A DNA stretch of 51,649 nucleotides, counting the filler, from Cladosporium halotolerans (lineage: Eukaryota): NCBI RefSeq assembly GCF_011745625.1. It is 2 parts of 2 records of this genome, joined end to end, with 100 filler letters (N's around TTAATTAATTAA, not from the genome) between each part and the next. Parts side by side here need not be neighbours in the genome. Positions count along the whole stretch, not along the records: positions 1 to 26,282 come from NW_027191537.1; positions 26,383 to 51,649 come from NW_027191538.1. One strand, written 5' to 3'. Shown here in pieces: positions 20,255 through 32,141 of the stretch; the first letter of the stretch is position 1; every line of letters starts with the position of its first letter. Under the pieces are notes generated by a model. It made no database searches, was not told the DNA's origin, and saw only the letters and a list, made by a program, of their open reading frames with translations. The position numbers were made by a program, and so were the translations under genes.

Positions 20255-21997
20255 CCACCCTTCATCCGAAGGTTTGTTCGCAGTCCGTGCCCCCACCAAA
20301 ATTGGCTTGGCAGATGGACATGGCTACAAGCCTTTGATGATAAACTCAATATTGAATGAATGAGGCTATATTTTCAATGGTATACAGGATTTGAGGTGTT
20401 GTTACTGCCTCCTAGGTCTCTTCTGCCTACTATCTCTATGAATATTGACATCATCATTGATTAGATTACTCCCTAGGCTTGCCTTAACCCTCAAGGCAAG
20501 CCTCTTATATGTAGCTCTTGATACCCTACCAATAACAGCCTCATCAAAGTCATGAGATTGCCAAGTATCCTTCATGACCTGTTTGGCTTGATCCCTTGTA
20601 CGCTTCTGCTTATTAGTGACTGAGAACATGAAGGGCTGTATCCTTCTTTGATGCTCCCATTGAAGAGTCTTAATCGGTGCAGTATCTGGTGAATTAGCAG
20701 GGTGCTTCAAGAAGCGGATACCCCTTTGTGTAATCTCACCCTGTAGTAACTTCCGAGCTTTGGTGTGAGGTGGTGTATTATCCTCCTGAATGAAGACCTC
20801 TTTACCAGGATTATTATCTTTCAGAGCCTGCCAGTAGGGGAAGAGTAGGTCCCTATAGATCCTAAAGGCATAGAATACATAATCTATGGCCTTATTATCC
20901 TCATTCAGCTTGAACTCCTGGATAGGATAGATCTGCTCTGGTATTGGTGGTGGTATTGGCTGTATTCCATTGGCCTGTTGCCAGGCCTGCTGTATAGACC
21001 ATTGCTGTACTGCATCCAGATAGACCTGATGCTCAAGGGTCCCTGGTACTTTGCATTGCTCCTGTAGATACTTGGTATATGCCTTAGCCTTCTCATTGGC
21101 AATGTGTAGATCCTGAGCATCCTGAAGGGTCAATTCAGGAGCCTTTGTATCCCATTGTAAGCAGGGCCTTTGAATACTGCAGTCATCACCACAGGCTGCT
21201 GCCCACTGTTCAATCTTAAACCTATAGCTATTCCTATAGCCATAAGAAGGGACCCCTCGTGGTGCAGATGCCCTATAATTGGCAGTGCCTCCATGGTAGT
21301 AAGGCTTCTCATCTGTACAGATAATGAGGCCTTCCAGTTGATCAACCTGCTCCAATTCACCAAGATAATCCCACCTCTGATTGAGCTGGCCTTGAGATTG
21401 CTTGTTTCTATTGATCTGTCTCTTCCTAGTAGTTGGCCTTTGCTCCTGGGGGTCCTGTTCACAATGAGCAGAGTCCTGAAGGATATGATAGACCTGTTGG
21501 TTACCAAGAGGCCTATTAGGTGAGATCTGACCTAGGGCAACACGGTCCTGAATAGCCTGGTTTGCAGCCTGTTGTATTGGCTGTACTTCATATTCCTGTA
21601 CACCAGCTCTCACAGCCTGAGAAAGAGAGGATCCAGGAGGTGCTCGCTGTCGCCTGCCAGATCTTGGCTGTATTGCTACTGCGTGCATAAGGGCATCGAG
21701 GTCCTGTGTTTGAGAACAGCGTGATTTCGCTCTCTTTAGGAGCTGTTCAATAGCTTTGGGGCCAAGATTCAGCTTCCTTGCAATCTCGGCTTGTTTCATC
21801 CCCAATATCTCAGAAAAGGCAATTGTGACATAACGCTTCCAAAGAGGTATCTCAGGGCCTCTTGGCATCTTGATTTGAACTGAATTGGATGAACATTGGT
21901 GGTGTAATCAATTATTGAAGTGAGAGGGTCGATCGAGATAACCCCGGCGGAGCTGCGGGAGTTGCCGCATGCGAACATACCTTCGGATGGGCGGTGG
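20255..21997 (-). mobile_element. Tc1/IS630-like DNA transposon with imperfect TIRs
   Basis: CCACCCTTCATCCGAAGGTTTGTTCGCA (20255-20282) matches the reverse complement of 21970-21997 at 24/28 positions. The pair brackets the transposase ORF. Exact ends are uncertain. Confidence 0.75.
20402..21868 (-). CDS. Tc1/IS630-family (DDE_3-like) transposase, 488 aa
   Basis: N-terminal HTH GMKQAEIARKLNL, IICTDEK, IQEDNTPPH, HPANSPDTAPIK (canonical SPDLNPIE). Confidence 0.8.
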   Translation of the reverse strand: MPRGPEIPLWKRYVTIAFSEILGMKQAEIARKLNLGPKAIEQLLKRAKSRCSQTQDLDALMHAVAIQPRSGRRQRAPPGSSLSQAVRAGVQEYEVQPIQQAANQAIQDRVALGQISPNRPLGNQQVYHILQDSAHCEQDPQEQRPTTRKRQINRNKQSQGQLNQRWDYLGELEQVDQLEGLIICTDEKPYYHGGTANYRASAPRGVPSYGYRNSYRFKIEQWAAACGDDCSIQRPCLQWDTKAPELTLQDAQDLHIANEKAKAYTKYLQEQCKVPGTLEHQVYLDAVQQWSIQQAWQQANGIQPIPPPIPEQIYPIQEFKLNEDNKAIDYVFYAFRIYRDLLFPYWQALKDNNPGKEVFIQEDNTPPHTKARKLLQGEITQRGIRFLKHPANSPDTAPIKTLQWEHQRRIQPFMFSVTNKQKRTRDQAKQVMKDTWQSHDFDEAVIGRVSRATYKRLALRVKASLGSNLINDDVNIHRDSRQKRPRRQ

Positions 21998-22122
21998 GAT
22001 CAGCACGGCTCGGACCGAGGTCGCAAGCTCATCTATCAGGTTAGCAGACTCAGCACAACAACTGCAGCTGTGCGCGTCTGGGTAGATCATCTGTCAATAC
22101 ACATCCATAACGACAATCTACC

Positions 22123-23747
22123 ATGTCTACAGTGCTGGGAGCTAATGGGAAGGACCGGGTCTCGACTGATAATCTTTCTTGGGCAACAATCAATGCGGCG
22201 CAATCCAGCGCGACTCCCACTCACCGCAGCACTCTGGACATCGCGCCATTGGATGTACTGGATTCAAACGGCGAAGGGTGCCCAAGTCAGTCTCTCTCAC
22301 AGACTTCTGCTGGCCTTCATATTAACGCAAATGTAAGCCCCAAAATGCTGTGCTGCCATTGACTTTCGCCACTAACATTCGTTTTTACGAAAAGCGGACT
22401 GGAATAATGACACATCTATACCCACGAAGCGCGCTTCGCCCAAACAAATCGCACTGAGACTGCCAATCAAGAATATGCTGCCAAGAGAAAAGCCGGGACT
22501 CTTCCCTGATGATATCTACAAGAAGCTAAACGAAGAATCGTCGAAAGAAATAGACGGATGGAACCCCGACACGGTCAAGATGCACATTAGAACTGCTCTG
22601 AAAAGCATGCACACATTTGGAGAGGTTTCAAGGGAGTCGGCTCGAGGTCCTAACGGCGGTTCGAGCTTTCGATACATCCAATCTCAATGCTCTCAGGCCA
22701 GCTTTTCCCCCCATCCTCATGCGCCTTTGCCGCAGCAGCCACCTCCGGCACGCGTCCCCCCCACGTGATCAACCTAGAGAGAATGGCAGTGCACCATCTG
22801 CGTGGATGTGCCCAGGGCGCTGGCGGTCTGAAGAGCAAGATCACAATTGCGGCAAAATTCAACCAGATATAGCGGATCAAAGGCCTCAAAAGCCTGGACG
22901 TTCAACCGACACGACTGAGGTACCGTCTTTTGGTGGCCCGCGAAACTATGAGGGATCCGTTCGAAACAACCCTTCCCCCACGGAAGGTCCTTCACATCTC
23001 CCTACCATCTATTCCGTTGAGGCATCACGGCTTCGAAATGGCACGCGAGCCTCACCAACACCCAATGCCAACACTTTGGCTACCCCGTCTACATTACAAG
23101 ATCGAGCGGAGGCGACTGTTGGAAATTCGCCGCGGAACGTGCGCAACGGTTCGGAACACGAGCGCACCCATATACATAGCCATCCGCAGAGCCATGGACC
23201 AGAAGCGAACCCTCCTGCTGGACATGAGACACAAAATACAACCACCTCTCTGAGCTCTCCTCCCACAACACACGCACAAGTCGTGTCTCGCATTGGAGCG
23301 CCGTCAACCCAAGGAGGCGAGCACGCACAAGAAGCTTCGACAGCGACCCCTGTCGCCGTACCATCTCAAGCAGTATCTAGTCGAGAGTCGACCGTCGTGT
23401 CTGGTGCCACTAGTGGGCAGGACAAAGAAAATCCGGACTATGGAGAGATTGTAGAAGAACTGCAACGTCTCAAAAGAGAACGCAAGACGCTCGAGCAAGA
23501 AGTTGAAACAGAGCGTAAAGCACTACCTGACACAAATGCTTTGCAGGAAACTGCCGATCAAGCAACGGCGAGGGAAGCGGAGGCGGCACGCCTTGCCGAG
23601 GAAGCGCGACAGCAAGCTGAGACTGAACGTAGCAGGTTGAAGGAAGCCCTGGCACGAAAATCCCGGATGGTAGCTCTAGATGAGCAGCTTCAACTCCTCC
23701 GTCAATCATCGTATAGTCTGCGGCTGCGGCTCGATATCGATGATTAA
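22123..23747 (+). CDS. Hypothetical protein with a Pro/Ser/Thr-rich linker and a C-terminal coiled coil; gene model uncertain, possibly frameshifted
   Basis: Adjacent ORFs 22123-22332, ~22395-22768 and 22617-23747. Intron-like signals at 22333-22395. The frame change falls near a C7 run at ~22756. The C-terminus is E/R/A-rich with heptad character. Confidence 0.5.
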
Positions 23748-23959
23748 GCTCAAATATTGCCTATGCATTGACATTTCCGCATGTGGATGTCAAGTCATGC
23801 ATACGGCATTCCTCCTTGCGGGCAGGAGACACGTCCATCGTGACTGTAGAAGAAGAGATTTACCACTCTAGGTGGAAGCGCATACTTTCTAAGTCTCTTC
23901 GAGCTTTACCGACATTGTTAAGCACTCATGACATGAATGCATGACACCTGTGACGAGGA

Positions 23960-26282
23960 TGGCCGCGGAAGAAGATGGGGCGGCTATTGTCAGAGACGGG
24001 CTCTCGCGCTATAATGTGTTTTTGGTTCGATGCCAGGATTGAGGAACTATGCCACGGTCACCACGGCAACGCGTGTTGTGCCTCGAGGATCAAGACTTTT
24101 TGAAAGAGAGGACATCGGCAAGGTCTGTAAGCTAGTCATCCAACCGTAGTTCAATTGCTCGTTATTGTTATCGCAGGCTTTCACGAGTATTGGATTTGTA
24201 AGATCTGCCATCAGCACTGATATCTGAAAGGATGCCTGTACCGGACCCAAAAGTCTACAAGCTCAGCTCTGGACCACATGAGGATAAGACGCAACCTTAC
24301 AGAGTCTGGGCAGTCCAAACTTCCAACTCTCAGATTGGAGAGGTCAAAACCCCGGCGCGCTCTTCTGTAACGTCACATCGAGTGCCAGGAGCAATGGCCC
24401 CGAAGGCTTCGCATCCAATACTTTCCAAGCACTGCTCTACAGTAGGATAGTCACCGATAACGTTTCCTTCCGCAAGATCGAACCTCCGCGACTTCATGCG
24501 CTACTACAATATCTCAATCCTCGATGGGAGCGACTGCTGCCTTTACACCAGACAGTCAGCGAACAATCGGGGAGATCTACGATAAGCAGCTGGGTGCTGT
24601 CACTGAAGATTTAGGAGCCGCAGCGACGAAGATTAATTTTTCCATCGATCTATGGACTTCGAAGAATCGTTTGGCGTTGCTTGGATTGGTCGCCCACTTT
24701 ATTGACAGCGCGGGCCTTTCCAAAAGCATCCTACTCGCCCTACCACGCCAGAAAGGTTGGCATACTAGTTCGAGCATCGCCAACACCGTTGCAGAAATCA
24801 TTTGCGACTATGGTCTTGAAAAGAAGGTTGGCTATTTCATCAGCGATAACGCACGGAACAATTCAAAGGCGCTGGGATTTTTGGGAACAAAGTTTCACTT
24901 CGATCCACAACGCCGATGGCTCCGCTGCGTAGGTCACATTTTCAAACTTCGCGGGCAGGCCGTTCTTTTCGGCAAATATTTCGATGCATTTGGGCGCGAA
25001 TTCCATGATCTCCAGCTAGCAGAGCTGCAGTTAGTTGAATGGCGGAGAAGAGGGCCGATCGGCAAGCTCCACAACGTTCTTGTGTACCTGAATGTATCAC
25101 CTCAGCGTTGGGAAACGCTTGTGGAACTGCAGCGCGAGCTCATCGGTCCAACACGACCTGAGGGCAAGAAGGAAGTGTATCAGATCGTGAAGGGAGTGAT
25201 AACGAGATGGAACAGCTTCGACGATAGTGCAGCACGAGCACTGTACTTACGTCCTGCCATTGACGAGTTCGTCCGGCGAGAGCAAGACAGCTGGAACAAC
25301 TCCGTCCGCCGGACGCAAGAGAGCGGAAGGCGAATCGCTAGAAGCGAGCCTTCGATCATCCACGATAAGCTCAGTAGCGATGAATGAGCGGTGATTGCGC
25401 AGTATCACGAGATCTTGAACCCACTCAAGAATGCAACGCAATTGCTGCAAGGATCCGCCGGTCGGAATTCGGTGCCGTCTGGCAAGTGCTCCCGACCTTT
25501 GAGAAATTGCCCAGCCACTTTGAGTGGTTGCGGGTCCAGTACCCGATCACGGAGACCTGCCGAAATGTAGCTGGCTCTTTGTTGAACATCTCAGCACCAC
25601 TTCACGACGAGCATCAACCTGGGTTGGCAGAAGTTGAACGATTATTACAGCAAGCTGGACGAGACTCCAGTGTACGTTCCCGCGGTAGTGCTTCACCCCC
25701 GAATGAAATGGCGGTACCTTGAGAAGCGTTGGGCTAACGAGGGTGGGTTGGTAAAAGCAGAGAACGCCTTTAGCAGTCTTTGGCTTGAGTATGCGACACT
25801 GGACAAATCCACGCGACATCAGAGGATTTCGAGACGAACATCGCCTTGTCCAAAGGCAGAAAGCCTAGCAGTGACGATGCTGAGCGATGATGAGAGCAGT
25901 GACGACGACGGCTCTTACGACGTTGATCAATTAGCACAGTATCTCGCTGAGCCACGCCATCCGTTACTTCCGATCGGGGACTCGCCAATTACTTACGGGA
26001 CCGGAAACAGTAGTCGATGGCCTTGAATATTTTCGCAGTGCCGGCTATGAGTGATGCACCTAATGTGCGTTCAGCACAGCCGGCGATGTACTATCACCGC
26101 GGAGGAGACTTCTGCAAAGTGAGACCCTTGGGTGGTTGATGACTCTAAAATCAGGGATCAACAAGAATGGTATTGCGCTAGACGCAGACTTCTGCACAAC
26201 CAAGCACTGCTTGATGCTTGATCAAGCGCTTGATCAAGCAGTCAATCAATCAAAAGTTGCGCAGCCAATCAAGCAATCAAGC
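23960..26282 (+). mobile_element. hAT-superfamily transposon remnant (transposase pseudogene plus 3' subterminal repeats)
   Basis: BED-like YWICKICHQH...STSSALDHMR (~24190-24290), SIDLWTS, FISDNARNN, RCVGHIF, TRWNS, YYSKLDETPVY..AVVLHPRMKW, and dimerisation motif IFAVPAMS...SPRRRLL. Multiple stops and frameshifts. ATCAAGC/GCTTGAT repeats at 26201-26282. Confidence 0.88.
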
Positions 26283-26382
26283 NNNNNNNNNNNNNNNNNN
26301 NNNNNNNNNNNNNNNNNNNNNNNNNNTTAATTAATTAANNNNNNNNNNNNNNNNNNNNNNNNNNNNNNNNNNNNNNNNNNNN
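26283..26382. other. Artificial contig spacer (N44-TTAATTAATTAA-N44)
   Basis: Symmetric 100-bp gap with a six-frame stop linker at 26327-26338. Confidence 0.95.
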
Positions 26383-26856
26383 GTAGGTGCGTGGACAGCG
26401 TGTGCGGAGTTCCTCTCTTCGCTGGATGAAGCGGTAGGGCCACTGTTTCCCAACACGACGTGTACCTCGCGACGCGAGGATGCGGTCCGCCATTACCCTC
26501 ACATCTTCGAGCGAGGGCGGAAATCCTCTCGCATCCAAGTCCAGTATATACTGAACTACTGCCTCCTCTTCGAGCGCGGTCAGAACCTGAACGGCAGGCC
26601 GACGTTCCGTGATAGGACTCACGCCACTCATTCTGTCCCGAAGAGTCGTTTCGGGCACATTGTAGAGCTTCGCGGCAGCGCGACGGCTCAGCCTATCAGT
26701 TTTGTGGATAGCATCGATAGCGAAGACGACTCGTGCTTCGTTGTTTTGTTCCCGCATCATTCAACGTGATGGTATCGCGTGCTGAAGCTGTAGCATGGTG
26801 ACGCTTTGGAGAAGTGCGCGGGGTACTGATATGCGCGGGGTACTGATGACACACGT
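26383..26856 (-). mobile_element. Fot1/Pot2-like transposon 5' end (TIR plus transposase N-terminus from ATG 26760), cut by the gap
   Basis: LSRRAAAKLYNVPETTLRDR (psq HTH) and LEEEAVVQYILDLDARGFPP...VGKQWPYRFIQR (Tc5 HTH). The terminus is ...ACACGT|TA, with an internal direct repeat TGCGCGGGGTACTGAT x2 (26815, 26832). Confidence 0.92.
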
Positions 26857-26858
26857 TA

Positions 26859-27010
26859 CGATAAATTTAATCGATTGTGTTTGCCAAACAGCTGAACAAA
26901 CAGAAAGTTTTGTTTATTTGACCGACTGAGGGAAAAGTGTTTATTTGCTTGGTTCGAACGTGTCAAACGAACCAAACAGTCCGTTTGAGTACTGTTTAGT
27001 GACCACCCTG
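26859..27010. mobile_element. Possible terminus of another TIR element (hAT/MITE-like)
   Basis: AT-rich tract dense in AAACA/TGTTT that ends abruptly in GTGACCACCCTG (reverse complement CAGGGTGGTCAC). No partner TIR is visible. Confidence 0.35.
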
Positions 27011-27032
27011 TTCTGGGCTTTCCCTCCGATTC

Positions 27033-29163
27033 TCACGATGGCATGATCTCGTTCTGGTCGGCATTTTTGATCCCCCCATGCTCCTTCATGACAATCGGTA
27101 TCCAGCGAGACCGTGTGGGTTGCCTTAAAGACGAAACTTCCTCATCATTTTGCAAATCGGGAACTTGGTTGAGTAACCTGGCTTCTTCGAAAGGCATCCT
27201 TGACCGTAACATAGAATACAGCGCTTGCGCGAGATAATTGTTACGTCGCTGTTTATATAGGCCAGTCGCACACAGAATCAATGTCGACCGCAAGCTTTCC
27301 AATTCCGTTTCTGATGGTTGCTGCCCGATCCTTCCGAGGCATCTGGTCCCTGCGAAGATCAAAGAGATGGTGATATGTATGTCCATGTTTTGGTGTCCAT
27401 GACGAATGTAATAGAGTCGGAAAAGTGTAGCAAAGTATCTGTTCGCTTCGATGACGATGGCGTCCGGTCGAGGTTGTTGATGTCCTCCAGAGTCCAGGAG
27501 ACATTCAAAAATGGTGACCAGAAAGTGATGGTAATACATGCTCATCAAGCGTTAGTGGGCGCCTGGATCTCATCGGGCGTACTCACTGGAGCTGCAGCTG
27601 CGCCGGAAGAACGATGTTTTTGGGTTGGAGCAGGTTCGGCAATGAAGCAAACCATTTGAGCAGCTGCTCCCGGCAAACATAGGCATCGCTCGTCAGCCAT
27701 GCCGGCGTCCTATGTAAACCATATGCTCTAGTGCAGTACTGAGCCATTATGATCCTGAACCGCGCCCGATGCTCAAAAAAGACGCCGAAATTTGCATCTA
27801 TAAGGTTTCTGTGACCTGGATAGTGCAGCCAAAATTGTCCGTACCACTCTGGATTGTCTGTAGGAGATGGAAGACGGTCGTGCGGCGGTCGGGGCAAAAG
27901 TGGAGGCTGCTGAAGTGAGAACGCCAGAAGGCTGCGTACGTCAGAAAAGCAATAAATTGGATGTGTATGAACACTTACGCATCCCAGCAGAACAGAGCCC
28001 ATGCGGTGTAAATCTTGCCTTGCCTCGATCTCTCGTTTGCCAAATTGGCCGGTCTGTCGTAGAGATGTAAATCATTTGCGAGCGCAACGGATTGCCTGTA
28101 ATATGCTTGCCCTATTTCGTCCAGGCCGCTGAAGTTAGAAATGCCGTTCAAGGTCATACCGGCTTGAATCGTGCTGATCCGGGGGGTATCAGCTTCCAGC
28201 TCCCACAACCGCTTTGCTTCCACCAGAAACTTGTATGTGAGCGAAGCTGGGTTCCAATACTCCGCGCGGTTAGATATTTCTGGATCGCACATCTGGAACC
28301 GTCAGTAGCAGATCCTATCAGCGAAGGTTGTACCTACACAAGCATAAGCCAGGACGGCGTTCACAAGCAAAGAAGAGCAAAATTCACCTTGCTGGCGGAT
28401 CATGTCTTCTAAGAATAAATCTTTCTGCAATGCTGACATAAAATAGAATTCGCAGAGGAAGTGGTTGCGCAGGAGTCTACGCATGACACCGTCATCTGGA
28501 CACACTGTTGTCCATAGACTAGGTTTCGCATCTTCGACGAGACGATCAACAATTCGCGCTGCGTGAAATGGCCGGAGATAGACAACTTGAGGAAGAGACC
28601 CAACCGATTCGGTCGAGTTGGTCTCGCGATCGCTCAAGCCCAAAGAATCTGCTTCGTGAACGAGTGTATCAAGGTATGGATTACCCCCTAGAAGCTCCAG
28701 CGGCAAATGTTTGACATATGGGAGTTCGTAGCGGTACTGCACTTCCGGTCGCAGACTGATTTGACTTGTGAGGTCTCCGGCTCTGATCTGGGACAACAGA
28801 TAGTGTGGGTCAAACCCGTAGCGAATCCGTTGGTATATATCGTTGGCTCGGTACGAGTCTGATGTCCTTAGGTGTTCGAAAAGTTCCTCATAGAGCATGG
28901 AGTTCTCTCTAGAGGCGTGTAAACTGCGTTTTGTAGCTTGTGCACGCGACTCTCCGGGTGCCGTTTCATACTGGCAAGGAAGGCATGATCGAACGCAATT
29001 CCCGCAAGCGGGACGCTCACAATCGCACTGTGTAACCGAGGTCAATAGATTTCGAAGGAAACGATCGTGCTGAACGGACCTTTGTTTTGCGTCGCCGACA
29101 AGATCTGCAAGCAGCGAGAGCTTGGCTGCCCCTTCTTACTGCGCGTTTCCCAGGCGCGCTCAT
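27033..29163 (-). CDS. Zn(II)2Cys6 transcription factor with a fungal TF middle homology region (NirA-like clade), 5 exons, ~646 aa
   Basis: Exons 29163-29080, 29027-28338, 28292-27979, 27931-27587 and 27540-27033 splice in frame. ACRSCRRRKTK|CDCERPACGNCVRSCLPCQY; FCSSLLVNAVLAYAC; EAKRLWELE; TAWALFCWD. An alternative ATG lies at 29205. Confidence 0.9.
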
Positions 29164-30702
29164 TTCTGGTGCATCAGGGCTCAGTGATGCCCTCTTCAAG
29201 CACATAGACCTCTCGGGCGCTATCCTCTAACGCTGAGTGTCACTGGAAACGATTCTCCGCTATTTGAATCCAACGGTGCGTTGAACGCAATCGAATGACG
29301 TCCTTCATGCGCTATGAAGTAAGTAGACCAAGCCCTTCTCCGGACCTCCCGCCGAGAACTCCATCGGACTGATCTGGCGTCGCTGCATAATCCCCAGGCT
29401 TCGCAAAGCGGATTTAGGATCCTAGTCAGTCAGCTGAACAGATTGGGAATTATTGCTGAAGTGGGGAGTTCTTCGTGTACAGCCCTCTAGATTCTGGAAA
29501 AATGCAGCTCAAGCAGGGACAGGCCATCCATCTTTCGTGTGCATCTTTACACAGCCAGCACTTCTAATGCTTCAAAGCCTGAATTTCCCCTCACCGACCG
29601 CGCCATGAATTTTGTCGGACATGGTTTTCTTCGTAATGTTGAATTCCCATCAGCGAAATCCGCTATTACGCAGTTCTTCCCGGTGATCCCGCTGCCCGAA
29701 GTCGCCGACACGTCATCATATGCTCGCTTGCCGCCTTCCATTTTTCCGTACGACAAACGGGCGGGCTTGCAATTGTTCAATCTTTGCAAAGCGGTGATAG
29801 TGCTAAATGGCTCCGTTTAACCTGCTTTCAATCCAGCCAAAGTCAACGATCTCACTCAAACGCTTGTTTTGTTTCCGAACGGGGAAAGGAGAAGTGTCGG
29901 AGATCTCTCCGGAAGCTCTTATTATCGGACGGCACAGACCGCTTAGCACGGTTGCTAGCGCGGCGTTAAGCGGGGCTTCAATCTCCCTCTTCTGTGAAAT
30001 GACTTACAATCCACGATTCCGGAGGTGCCTCCGCCGAGTGCGCGGTCTCCCACTCCTACGCGGCAGCAATTCTTCCCACAAGTCCAGCCGTGACGTTATC
30101 CTTACAACACACGTGCCGTCATACTGCACGAGATGTGCTTTTTTCGATACTATGTCATGTGCGATCACCATCTGCTTGCTACGAAGCCCTGGAGCTGGAA
30201 CATGCTTCGAGGAAGACTTTCTCGTATGACGATTATCGAAGAAACCGAGACGAGACAGGCGCAACACGGTTCCAGTTTCTGCCTTCTAGCTCTGTCCCAT
30301 GAGCGGGACGTGAGTCAGGTCAGCCGCTGAGCCCTTAAAGGAAGAAGAAGGTGTCCTCATGGAGGGTTGCGCTGAAACTGTGTTACAACCTTGCCTTGCA
30401 CGCAGCCCCGAACGCCCCTGACCATTCTGGAAACCGTTTTTACTTGGTTGCCCTCCCTCTTGTTATGGCTACCGGTATGCTTTCGGCGAACCTTGATCAC
30501 TTGGGTTTATCTCAGTATCTTCGCATTCTTGTAGAGGAGGCATTCTCTTCTTGGGAAGCCCTTACCTGCATCACAGAACATGACTTGTAGGTCGGACGCG
30601 TGACAGTTTCTTTCCCTCGCTAAAAGACTTTGCAGAAATGCACTAGGCGTGAAACTCGGACATCGCAGGGTTGGTTGATTTGACAGGTCGTAGCCAGTCA
30701 AT

Positions 30703-32141
30703 TTGCTAACGACCTATGGAGTCGAGACTGATCATACAAGCCAGATTTTGCAAAGTGCAGTTGCTCGCCACGGACACGGTGAATCGGTAACGGGTGTGCA
30801 GTATCGAGGTAACATCACCGACAGCGCGTCAAAAGAAAGTTACGGTCGAACGGACGCACCGCACCCTACGCCGGAGCATGGAAATGCTAGCCTCAAAGCG
30901 TGCGCGCCGCAAAAGCGAAAGTATATTCGGCACGCAGCGGTAAGGAAGTCCCGCGCCAGACTATTCTCGAAGGTGAGGATGACCTCTGACAAATATGTAG
31001 CCAGATAAGAATGTTCCAGAAAAGCCGCCTTCTGCATATGGTCTATTCTCACAAGGTTCGTAACAGCACGCAACAAAGATTTGACGCAGCTAGCTTACTA
31101 CATTCTAGAATTGAGGAAGGACTTGAAAATTCAGGGATTGGGTTCAAACCAGACATCAAATATCACTGGAAAGCGATGGAGGCTGCTCTCCTCCGAAGTC
31201 AGAGCGGCTTTTTTGAGCAGGAGCCGACTGATGAAATCAACATACCACATTCGGCTCACAGAGTATCAGCAAACCAAGGAGTGTGCAGATTATCAAGATT
31301 ATCTTGCAGACTTCCATAAGCCGCCTGATGGTTAGTATTCCAGCAACCGACTCCTCGGAAGTTTTTGGCAGCTTTCTGCCAGAATTGCCAAATTGATTAT
31401 CTCGAATTAGATACAAAACGACTGAAGAACAACGAAAAATCGAAGTTCTCTACCTCTGCGAAGAATGAAATGAGCTCAAACCCCGGCGGAGATGGTGATG
31501 GTACAGCGACTTCGTCACAGCCAGGTCAACAAAAGCTCACCCCGGAACCACGCCAGCTTTCATGCCGCCAAAAATCGCCAAAGCCAGAGTCGAGTGGCTT
31601 CGTCCGACCGCAGTCAGCGTCGAACACCCGCATTAGGGACGACTCTCGATTCACAACGCGTCGACAGTGGTCTGCTTGCGACAAACCGCTGTTGGTAGTC
31701 CCCTCGATGTCCAATTCAGGTGAGAAAAGCATACCAGAAATTGCAGCGCCAATAAACGAACACCCAATGGCTGCCAGCATGCACGTTGCTTACGGTTCCG
31801 AGAACACTCTGGCGCACCAACAGTCTCGCCTTCCGCCACAAAAAAGCCTGGACAGGAAGGTCATGTCGCGTCTGGACGGTTCCGGATCCACGAATGCTCG
31901 GACAGATTTCCCCAACTCCGGTCATTCTGCGAACTTGTCGCCTCGCCCGTCGGTCTTCCCAATCAACTTCCGACCCAGCAGTCCCCAACGAGACCTGGCC
32001 GACACGTGTGTCAGGAAATGGGGTACCTCTTCCGCGACAAATCCATGCAGGAAGAGCCATGGCGGCGTGAAGCAGTCGACTCGAAACCTTCCGGGGTTTG
32101 CTGCTGTTCTGCGCGCAGTCGGGGAGCCACACGACGTATGA
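30703..32141 (+). CDS. HMG-box protein (divergent); start uncertain
   Basis: Introns 30940-31000, 31056-31108 and 31331-31410 give KRKYIRHAA|PDKNVPEKPPSAYGLFSQ|ELRKDLK...ITGKRWRLLS...YHIRLTEYQQT..YQDYLADF, followed by a low-complexity tail. Confidence 0.8.

Noticed and set aside
27033..29163. NirA-like factor as the regulator of the nitrate-reductase-like gene
   Set aside because: It lies across an artificial contig join. NirA-like resemblance is shared by a large paralog family and does not imply nitrate control.
30703..32141. Mating-type MAT1-2-1 gene
   Set aside because: The box has the PEKPPSAY pattern of HMGB-like proteins rather than the PRPPNAFILYR pattern, and no APN2 or SLA2 flanks it.
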